In this document: piece by piece, positions 53,901-64,000 of the stretch
Numbering within the stretch: position 1 is the stretch's first letter
Layout: every line of letters begins with the position of its first letter
Source: Raillietiella orientalis
Lineage: Eukaryota
Direction: 5' to 3'
Assembly: GCA_036172245.1 (NCBI GenBank)
Contig: JAYWIR010000086.1
Coordinates: forward strand, 124,001 to 188,000
Length of the DNA: 64,000 nucleotides
The notes under the pieces: generated by a model
What the model was told of the DNA's origin: nothing
What the model saw: only the letters and a program-made list of their open reading frames with translations
Database searches by the model: none
Position numbers and translations under genes: made by a program

Positions 53901-56900
53901 CCTGGTCGGTTCCCGGGTGCGCGTCCGAGGGACGAAAGATCCGCCCGCAGAAGCACACGTCGGGAGGAAGTGGAGGAGGCGTCTCTACAGGAAGACGAGA
54001 GAAGATGGTGCGCTTGCTCTGAAGCTGGAACGGGGCCGCTCTTCCGGCCGAGAGGTCGCGCGCGAGCCGGCAAGGCCGGACGGCCCACGTCGGCCGGACA
54101 GTCGCGGAAGGACAACTGACCCGGCTCCGGTTCGCTTCACCCGGGGGAACGAAGCGAATTCGATCGGAGGAGCTCTTGCGCCCTTCGGCGGCTGCCCAAG
54201 AAAAAGGGAGGGCCGCCACGCGAGCGATCGGTGGGTGTGACACCTCCCAAAGCCCAAAGGGAAAAGAGTTAGGACCGGCGGCGAGCCTGTGAATGCGCCG
54301 GACTTCCGAAGCCGGCGGAGAATCCTCCCGTCTTCCGAGGGAGGAAGGGAGAGGAAGAAGAGGAAGAGATGGAGAGGAAGAGGAAGAGAAGAGGAGTCGA
54401 TGGAGATGCGGCACGTCCTGCTGCTGGATGATTGGAGTCGTAGGCGGGCGGATGGACCGTCGGAAGAGACGGAGCGCCATCCAACAGTCAGCTGCCGCTG
54501 CCGTGCTCGCCGCGCAATCGTGCCCTCTCTTTCCCAATTTCCGAGCTCACACCGCGCGACCGTCTGCTCGGACGGTGGCCATGAAAGACGGGGATCGAGC
54601 CACTGGCCTTCCTTCCTCCCGTCTGAGCCCACATCCAAGCCTCCCGTTGCCTCCTTTTCTCCCCTCCGCCGGGCCCTATTCCCGAGCGTAGAAACCGCGC
54701 GCGAATCCCCTGACTCCGGCACCTCCATCACCCGGGACTCTGCAGCACACGGCGGTGTTCCTCCCCGTTTCGCTCCTTTCTTCCTCTTACGGAATCTTCC
54801 TGGTGACCGGAAAGCAGAAACCAGAAAACCGCACCGCGGTGTCCTGGAACGGCTCCGTTTTTGCCCTCTGGATCCATTCAGAGGACGAAAGACTGGGGTG
54901 CTGCCACCTCCTTCCCGGGACATCTTTGTGCGTTCCGCGGCCGCGACTCCGCTTTGAAGGTCGCGCAGCAACGAGCGGGAGCGTCCACCGCTCCGCCCAT
55001 TCCCGACCGCCTCCTTCCCCTTCCTCTCTTGTCGGGACAGCCTCCACGGTGCTGTGCGCGTGCTCCGACGGTACGCCGCTACGCATTCGGTCGGCTCGTC
55101 GCGCCCGACGAATCCAAGGTGTGTGTGTGTGGGGGGGGGGGAAGACCTCCCTTCCCTTCCCACGATTGCCCTCTCTTCGATAAAGGCTGGGGCCGATCCG
55201 CGCCCCCGACGCGTTGGTCCTGATCTGCTGCATCTGCGTCTCCCAAGCTCCGAGGACTTTGCAGGGCAATCGGCGATGGCAGCAGCTGCTCGCGTTTCGT
55301 GTGCCCCTTGCGCAAGAGAATTTCGCTCTCGGCAGCAGCCAACGCGCTGCATCCCCGTGGAACGACGCCGCGGGCTTTTTCCTCCGTATTTGCTCTTCCC
55401 AGGGCTCTCCTTACCGGGATGGCGCACGCGCACCTGCCACTTACACTCTGGGGAGTATACGAAGGCGTGTATATTGAGGGAAGGTTGGAGGCACCTGCCT
55501 AGTGCCAACGGCTTGCTTCCGTTCTCGGGATGACTCCTCCCAGGGGATCCGTGGGACTTCTGTCCATCCTCTGGGACGAGTCCTCCGCCGAGAGCTTGAA
55601 TCCGAGCCCAGAGACTAGCAGGAGGACCACCGGAAAGTCGGCCCGGAAGCACCGGCCCTTGCAGACGTCCGGATTTCCTTCTTGCGCGCGTTTTTCTGTT
55701 GTGAAAACAAAAATAAAGACACGCGAATTTCTCAAAGCCAACAACCGGCCCCCGACCCGACCTGAAAGAAACGAAAACGAAAATCCTTGCGCTCTTTTTT
55801 TTTTTTTTTCTTTTCTTTTTTTCCTCCGCCGTGCCACGCATGCGCTGTGCAGAGATCCGAAAGAGAAAAACAAAAAAACTCGTCTCTATCTGTTCGGATA
55901 CGTAAGACACGAGATTGTAAAAATATTTAATCTGACGTAACAGTTATCAACTGCGCAGAGTGAAGGCATTGAATTAATCGGTTACTATGCAACCGGATAT
56001 TCCTATTAAACCGTCTGCATTTCGTGCAAGATTTATCTCTTCTGAAGGCGAATTCACGGATAGCAAGAACGTGTTACAAAACGCTCAAAAATATTTTCTA
56101 TAGCTCAGCAAGGAAGGGGGCTGCAGGCACGTGACGACGACGACAGCATCAGCGCGTATTTGTCCAAGGAGAATAGTTGGGGATGGGGCGAAGGGGTGGT
56201 AGAAATCGGGGTGCGATCCCTGGAGCTTCCAGTGTCCACCCCGAATGCGAGCGAATGCAGCGGCGCGAAGCGTCCTCTCCCGAGGAGGGGACCTTTCCTG
56301 TTACCGTGGAACCCCCGGGGAATTTTTCGGAGACCACCGGCCGGCCACCCCCACGTGCGAAACGCGGTCCAGCAGGGCTCGACTCGCATGACCTCCGTAG
56401 GCAGGCGAATTTTCACAATGCAGAATTCTTCCCGCCCAATTCGCTCTCCCCAATTCCGCTCGCCCCGATCACCACTGCGAAAGGGAAAAGGAGACCGGAA
56501 TGTGGAAAAAAGGGTGGAGAGAAAGAAAGGGGGCAGGCTGAAATCAGACGCGTTCCTAGGTCCACGATCGCCTTCACACGACGTGGAGATCAGCTGGTCC
56601 AGGCTCGAAAGCGCAGGCAGGAGACGAAGCAAAACGGCGAGCAGGTGGAAAAAATAAACACCCAGAGCTCGGTCGGGGCCGAGCACTGGAAAGCAGTCGA
56701 GGGCGAGCAGAGCTGTGGCTACGTGGTATAAATATTTTTGTCCCGTCTGCAACTGAGCTCCATCCCGACTTCCTATCTAACGAGGTGGCTGCCCGGCAAA
56801 GCAGGGAGAAATCCTGGTTTACACGGAATGAAGTGCAGCAAGTGGAGGGATTCGACGAGTTCCTCTCCTTCCAGAAACGAACGGGGAAGGATGGTGTGCG

Positions 56901-59219
56901 TTCTCAGGAACCAAGTGTTTACAAAACAAATTTGCAAACCAATGTTTACGAGTCCACCACCATCAACACGGTGCTGCTGCCTGAGCGCCCGCGCCTGGAG
57001 CGCGTTGGAACGCACGCACGCACGCACGCGCAGTCGTTCCTCAGCAACTCGGTCAAAGACGTGCGCGCCTTTCGGGCGCACCGAAGCGCCATCTCCGCTG
57101 GAAGCTCCGGGACGTCGCGTGCGAGCCCCGAGAGGGGGAGGCGCGTCCCAACCGCGGGCGAACCCTCGAAATCCGAGTTTCGGAAGGGGGAGGCGGGGGA
57201 AGCACGCAAGGGAGGCTGCAGGCAGCGGCCACTGTCTCGGCGTCCGAAGCGAGCGAACCCGAGACGCCCAGCGGGTTCGCCCAGACTCCACAGGTGCGCC
57301 TCCGATCTCGGGGACCCGACTGGAGCAGTTGCCGCGGACTGCCACGGATCACTCCCCACAGCAAGCTGCTGCTCCGGAGCACGTGCTCCGAAAACGTGCC
57401 CTGCACGCAGGGGGCGTGTCGCCACGGAGGCTTTCGGAATGAGCCCTTGCAATCGAAAATGGAAACCGCACGAGGACTAAGGGGGTCTTATTTATAGAAC
57501 TCCGCACGGAAAGTAAATTGCAAGACACTCGAGTGAAAGATCGAAGGCTGTTTCTCTCCTGTGCCTGCTTTCTCTTGTGCTGCTAAAACTTGATAATGAA
57601 TGCAGACGGAAAGTTCAAGACGAACCGATCCGAATTAAACAACGGTAACCATAACGAATTCCACCGCCATCCGGTTCGCAGGCGAAGATCCGGCGCCAAC
57701 GGATTGCTCGTATGACCAAACTGCTTGGACGTGCTATTAGCTATGCAAATCTTCCTGCAGAGAGAAGTAAGGAGCTCCTTCGGAAGGGGCCAGGCTCGCC
57801 TTCGGCAAGAATCGCGGACGGTTTAGGAGCGCAGCACCTGGATCGCATCTCTGACGGCGAAGAAGCCTTGGCACCCCCGACTCACCCCGAACCCTGGAGG
57901 CGGGAGTGCAGATTCCGACCCGCGGAAAGAGCGGTCCACTCGAGACCTCTTGAGCGCGCATATGGCAGTCGTGTCGCAACACGACGAGCGTGCACGCTTG
58001 CGGTGTGCACGCTCGTTGCGGACGGGCAGCCCCCTCCCCCCCAGCTTCCGAGATGATGATACCTGGTCCGAAGTTGCGGTTGCGACAAGCGGGCCGCTGG
58101 ATGCATAGCGGGAGACGCTGTCTGGGCGACCGACCCCCCCTTGGCAGAAAACACCCGGAACACTCGGCCCACGTCGAGCATCGCACTTGAACGAAAGGGT
58201 TTCTTCTGCTTCACAGCACCGCGAGAGCACCTCCGGGCCAAACTGCCATTCTCGTCTCGTGGATGGTACACGAGCGTGCCGCGTACACAGTACTCGTGAA
58301 TTACTTGTCTGTAACGATCATTCATGTTTTGGAAGATTGTGCAACTCTGACTTTTTACAGTTTAGTTCCTTTTTCATTTTTCGTTTTCTTTAAAAAAAAA
58401 AACTTTACATCCTTTTTAAAACGAATACACATACACTTTTCATTCCTTTCCAGTTAAAGACTTGAAAAAATGCAGCACTCCGAAGCTGGACGTCAAACCT
58501 TTTTTCTTCTTCTTTCCCTCCCTCTCTCTGTTCAACAAAAAACAAAAACAAAAACAAATTACAAAACAAAGATCATTCAGTTCGGAATTGAGTTTTCCTA
58601 TAAAATTGCAGTGTTGCCACATCACCATGGTGAATTTGGCCGCTATATGTTGCTTGTGTTTTGTTTTGTTTTTCTTTCCCCTGCCAAGAATATAAGATTT
58701 CGGAATGAACCACGCTTCCATCCAAACTACAAAAACAAAAAACATTTAGCCTAATATAATAGCCTGTCTTGATTCAAGCTTTTGAAAAGATGAAATTTTT
58801 TGTGAAATTTCTCAAAATCAAAACGTTGCAGCGGAGGACAGGGCTCTATTCCGGACGCTGCAGTTGTCGTGACGTCTCTGCCAGGATTGCTGCGAAACTG
58901 ATTAAGACGACGATATCGTTCAGCAGCATGATAGCAGCAGCTCTTTCTCAAAAGAAAATAAACACCGGCATGCTAAAGTCGCTCTCCACACGGACTGCTC
59001 GCCGCATAGGAGACAGACGAATGAAGGCGAGTTTCTCTGCAGCGTTGTAACAGCGTAAACATGTGAGACTCTCTAAAATGTAGTCTCTTGTTATTAGTCT
59101 CATCGGAGAGGAAATGCTTTATGGATGACGCGCTTGCAGTGCAACTAGGCATTCAATAGAATAATGTGCAATATAGAATTGAATTCCTTCGGAAAGAGAG
59201 AGAGAGAGAAAAAAAAGAC

Positions 59220-61393
59220 AACATTCTGTGCTGGATACTCGAGGCCTGAGGTGGATGGTGAGCCATGATTCGTGAAGCAGCAACGCAAATGCTCGCTTGT
59301 GGATCGTGTGAATCTTAAGAAATGATTGCGATGACTGCTGGTCACCACTCAACAATCATGAGTTAGTAGTTGCTATTCAGTCGTATTGAGTGAAGTTCCC
59401 TTGGAAAGGGTCTCATTTTCAATATTTTTTGGTGCATCAAAATGGCGGAGGAAATTGCACGCTTTTGGATCATTACAAGCACATCCGTTCCTTCCCAACT
59501 ACACGTATAATTGATGTCATCCTAATTATTCTGACGCTGCTATCACAGATATTCTCTTGGGAACAGCAATTAATTCTTGACTTTTTTTCTTTCTTTGAAG
59601 ATATTTATGTTTTTAGAATCTTCTTGCTTCTTTCTTTTTGGAGAACTTCAGTCTTGGAATTGTTTGAAATTCGGAATGAACATGCTTTCTGAACTATTTC
59701 CTCCGTAGAATCTTGCTGTGCCAGGGTTCAGCTCTGGACATCTTTCCCCTGTATGGATTTAATTGAACTCCAGCTTAAGAACTACTTATTTTCCTCTACG
59801 GAAAATGAAAGGAAGAATTTCAATAGACATTGGATACGCGTCGTATTATAAAGTATTTTCCTTTATCCTTTGGCAAGAATGGAAAAAAAGTTCGAGTTCC
59901 TCTTCTAATTAGCTAGCATGCAGGCTTTCCACCGATCTATTTGCAACTTTTCTGAATGCGCTGCCACTCATCAGCACTTGTGATTGGTTCCTTTTGCCGG
60001 TTAACTGAAGCAATCTGGGTTGCCCCATCTGCCCATTTTTAACACTTTTCTTCTATTCCATTTCCCTACTTATGATCCCCAGCAACCGCTACGCCGATGG
60101 ACTGTTGATTCCGTTTCTGGGGAGGTACGTGTTCAGTTAAATGCATTTTTCTAGAAATATCATGCGTGCATACAGTGTACCACTAATGTATAGTGCGCAA
60201 GGTTGCTTCTGTTTAGATCCTGATGCATGCTGAAATCTCAAGTGTTCCAATCTCCACTTTATGAGTCCCCCAAGATATGATGGAGCACTGGGATAAATGC
60301 AGCGAGCGTACGTTGAAGTGGCTTTTATCTTTCTAATGTCCCTACGCTTGTGACTTCCTCCTTCACCTGGAAGCATCTATGGATCTAACCTTGAAAAGAG
60401 TGGTTTCATTTCACAATCAGATTCGGGAGAGTAACGAGCCACGATAAACCTTGCTTCCTTCATCCAAATTTCACGAAGCTCTGAAGCTTCCGTTTTGGCT
60501 CTCAGCTCTGAGAACCGATGGGATCGCTTGCTTTCCAATTCACCCATTTCCATGGCAAAATTTTGACCTCACCTCGCTTTGCACGCGAAAGAGCATATTC
60601 GATCGACTGCATCCATTCTGAACCTCGATCCAAAACAAGAGTCGATTCAAATCGTCCCTCTTGTACATCGCTTTGCCTTTATATAGGCCACATCAGATCC
60701 CCTTTGTGAAACGGCATCTCCCTTTCTTATGTGCCGAAGAAGTCCAATAACGTGCAATGCTAGCCCGTCGTTTCATCGACACCCAATTACTATGCCATAG
60801 CGATCACGGTCAATTGCATCTTCCTCCTACTTCAAAACTTTCCATTTTGAAGGAACCGAGAGCTTCTGGTTAATCTTCAAACGTTCCTTCGAAATTTTCC
60901 TTCCTGGTTGCTTAAAGCAAGCAAAGACAGAAGGGGGGGGGGGGAATGAGCAAAACTCACTGCTCCCAAGCTTTGTGAAATTCACCTGATCTGGAGACTT
61001 GTCTGGTTCGGTTCCCCTATACCTTAAAACTACCGACAGCCACCACCAATGTGTTCTGCATGGCAGGGCAAACGCTCTCGTTGCCCCAGGGAGACCAGTA
61101 GGTCGGACTCTAGAGGCACAAGACCTGTGGTCCTCAACCCTTCCGGGGTCGCGCATCAGAGGCCGCACACGCTTTGTGCCGGAATACAAAATTTGCAGCT
61201 TCGCAGAAAAGTAAAAGTAACTTTTTACTGGCGCTGCAGCTTCCCGAAATTCGATGGGGGGGAAAAAAACTCCGCATGAAATCCGTGCATGGACGTAGGG
61301 TCCAACTTTCGTTTTCTTTCTCACCCTTGCACATACGTTTCCGCCAACCAGTTCGCATATGGTTCCTAACCATATCAGTTCATTAAAGGACAC
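59220..61393 (-). pseudogene. Candidate decayed gene or spliced lncRNA just downstream of TBC1D25 on the same strand
   Basis: Canonical short introns at 60960-60911 (gtgagt...ctttaag, or a nearby CAG) and 59837-59796 (gtatcc...ttttccgtag). One reading frame links the track ORFs 60827-61393 and 60137-60376 through scattered stops. No recognisable homology. Confidence 0.3.
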
Positions 61394-61841
61394 AACTATT
61401 TTTCCAAATTTATTTGAATAAGTTAATGCATATTTTGAATGTATGCAAATTGATACAATAAATAAGGATTGCGTTTCGGTATCACAGCTTGTCGACTTAC
61501 AAAAATACGGAAAATAGTTATCCCTTTTGACTCTGGATTATCAATTTGATGATCAGAAGAATAGTACTTGTTCTATTTTTTTTATAGAAAAAATAGTTCT
61601 ACATTGAATATAAAAATTACTAGCTTGCTGCTCCTAACAATTCATGATTGGCCTTCTCTTGAAAAGGGCAAAAGCTATTCAAGCACACTGCATTTGAATT
61701 TTTTGCAAAAACACGACTAGACAGTTTGCATATAAACATGTGGAAGAGAGAGAGAGAGAAAGGAGAGGAAATTAAACCACTTTAAAAGAACCATCCACAA
61801 AAGCTACTGAATGTGAACAGCAACTTCATGTTAATCACACC

Positions 61842-63956
61842 TTAAACCTGTAACTTCGAATCTTTTGGTACCGCATTCCGCTTCCATTCTTGTAAGTATT
61901 TGCTAAACATGACTTGGGCATGAGTCAAGACTTTACACACATTATGCTTGCGTATGTGACTATCATAATACATCGCGATTTCATTGTAATCTAACTGATT
62001 CTTGATGATATGGTCTCTGTGCTGCAAAAGAAATGTGAGGCACATAAAAATTAGGAATGGATTGCCACCCCCAAATCTGTCAGGAGAAGGTAAAGGAAAC
62101 CCTTTTTCATGATTGGAATGATGATGTTGGGCCAACGATCCATTGCATGAGTTCCAAAATTTGCCATTACATGCAACTACATTAATGGATGGTGGCTCCT
62201 TTGACCAACAGGCAGACTGAGTTAAGTCTACTGTCATGCTATTATCAGAAGATTCAGCGAATTTATCTTCAGTGCTAGACAAATCAGAATAATGGGGTAT
62301 CTTGACTGTGGAAGAGCAGTAAGGTTCTAATGAATTCTCAGCATTTGCAGTCTTGCTGCAAGATGCACGGAAAAAATGAATGTCAGGGCATCCATCCTTA
62401 GCCACAAATTCTTCAGTATTGGATGTGAATGCATCAATACCCAAAGCATTTGAACAGGAAAGAGAGCTGCAAGCATTACTTGCTGAATTTAGAGTTTGTG
62501 CCACATCTTTAGAATCACATGCTTTTTCAGGCATGTTTGTTGGTGATTTCTGGTTTCCACATGAGATAAGATTACATGTTTCTCCATTTTTTGAAATGTG
62601 ATTTGAACTAATCTTGCATGTCCAATTTGTGTTTACATGATCATCTGTTTCACTAACTTTGCCAAGGTCACAACTGCTGCCTGACTTTACATCTTGAGGC
62701 TTAAGTGCTGGCAAAAATTCAAATGCATCTTCAGGATGTGCTGCATTGCTCAGAACCATGTGAGCAACCGATCCAAGCAATCGATCAGAGATTTCCTCTG
62801 CAGGACATGGGCTGGATTGTGTTTGTGATTCTGACAAACAATGGGAAGAATCATTGTACCACAAGACTTTGGCATGGCTTTGTTGTTGATCAGTTTTCAG
62901 CATAGTGCTACTATGAGAAAATTCAGTTTCATACAGGGGTAACTCTTGCTGCCGGACACAAGCTGCTATTGAACTCCACTGAACCTCCAGCATCAACAGA
63001 GTATCTTCAAAAGAAAATTCCCGTTTCATTTCTAATAGCAGCCATCGGTAGCAAAAAAGCAAATCATGAGCCTAAGGAATTAATCAAGAACTGCCCTGTT
63101 AATTCGTGAATACCTGATGGGAATACAAATATTCATAGAAGATGGGATCATAAAGCATTAAACTGTGTCTCAGGTGCTGAAACTTTAAACTCATTGCTTC
63201 ACCATCAGGCTGGAAGTTAGGTTTGATGCGTTCCATAAGAGCACAGAAACAAATATATGTTGGTGCTTCTTCTTTCATGACTACCATGATAGGTGATGCC
63301 ATATCTGACATACCTTGGCAGTAACCCACTGATGGATGATTCAGGGCATAGCTAGATTTTTTGATGGACTTGCATTCAAAACCAAATCCTTATCTCACTT
63401 ACGTTGTTAGCACATTAAACAAGGCTAATGAATTGTGATTGTCATCACTTCCAGCATAGAAAGGATGCAGTCGGTCAGTACGAACAACGTCTTTGTGCAC
63501 CATATTTGATACAGTCTGAATATGTTGATGTTGCTGCATCCACAACAGAGAAAATGCAAGTGCGTACATTAAATTCTTACAGTGCTTTTCATCAGGCTCA
63601 TCCAGTTATTTTTCAGCTGCAAGTATTCACGTGACTTGCGCTTTATATATGCTACCCTTTCATGGGCATCCAAACCTTCAGGGTACACATTTAAGATGTG
63701 CTTCCAAATGACCTTTCTGTACATGTTAAATGCATGAGACTGGGTTATTGCAAACAGGAACTGACCGCAGATTTGGAGACACTCCACCACAAAACACATG
63801 GAATCTCAACTTTCCAGGTTCTATAAGATGTCCATTAGCATCCAGATAAGTGTGGAATTCATTGCCACAAAGGGGCAAATGATTCAAATATACGCAATTT
63901 GGGTATTTATCCTTAAAGGAGAGCACTTTCTGCATTTTCAAAAGTGTTTTTCCCAT
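61842..63956 (-). CDS. TBC1D25: TBC-domain Rab GTPase-activating protein, TBC1D25 (OATL1)-like; 5' part outside the window; exons 63956-63766, 63716-63581, 63533-63403, 63351-63114, 63071-61842
   Basis: GGVSPNLRKVIWKHILNVYPEGL, arginine finger VHKDVVRTDR, glutamine finger GYCQGMSDMASP and LLFCYRWLLLEMKREF. The C-terminal LPSPDRFGGGNPFLIFMCL...DYNEIAMYYD after a long Ser-rich insert is typical of TBC1D25. Introns are 42-51 nt. Confidence 0.88.
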
Positions 63957-64000
63957 CTTCAAAACAAAAAAGGTAACCCATATTACAAGATGAATTAATT

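Noticed and set aside
53985..55910. 641-aa minus-strand ORF, and similar 250-430 aa ORFs throughout 39-58 kb
   Set aside because: R/G/S/P-rich with no recognisable domain, overlapped by equally long ORFs in other frames, and read through homopolymers. This is expected from stop-codon scarcity in very GC-rich DNA.
39890..56505. Scattered TEAD-like GGAATG/CATTCC hexamers upstream of YAP (possible autoregulation)
   Set aside because: About a dozen over 17 kb is not clearly above chance for a 6-mer on two strands. It would need an enrichment test or ChIP.

Overview
Eukaryotic (animal, invertebrate) genomic DNA. The very short GT-AG introns (37-62 nt) and frequent TTTCAG acceptors suggest a nematode, but the taxon is inferred, not shown. 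Seven protein-coding genes can be rebuilt by hand across splice sites: a PP1 glycogen-targeting subunit (PPP1R3/Gbs-76A-like, +), SUMO E1 subunit UBA2/SAE2 (-), mitochondrial ribosomal protein bL36m (+), DEAD-box helicase DDX1 (+), IWS1/SPN1 (+), a complete vertebrate-like YAP/Yorkie (-; six exons over about 15 kb), and a TBC1D25-like Rab-GAP (-, cut off by the window end). Base composition is sharply mosaic. Housekeeping gene bodies are AT-rich and CpG-poor, while small promoter islands, the YAP introns and a ~19 kb gene-free tract upstream of YAP are GC- and CpG-rich. Most ORF-track entries in the GC-rich regions look spurious. Unexplained features include a ~930 bp GC island with 23-bp terminal inverted repeats and a cluster of C(UUCG)G hairpins between the divergent UBA2 and MRPL36 genes, two long hairpins (one covering a candidate splice acceptor), and two or three 'ghost gene' segments with correctly sized introns but stop-riddled reading frames. 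No tRNA, rRNA, CRISPR array or intact transposase was recognised. I did not find a clearly new biological system; the ghost genes and the inverted-repeat island are the best leads.
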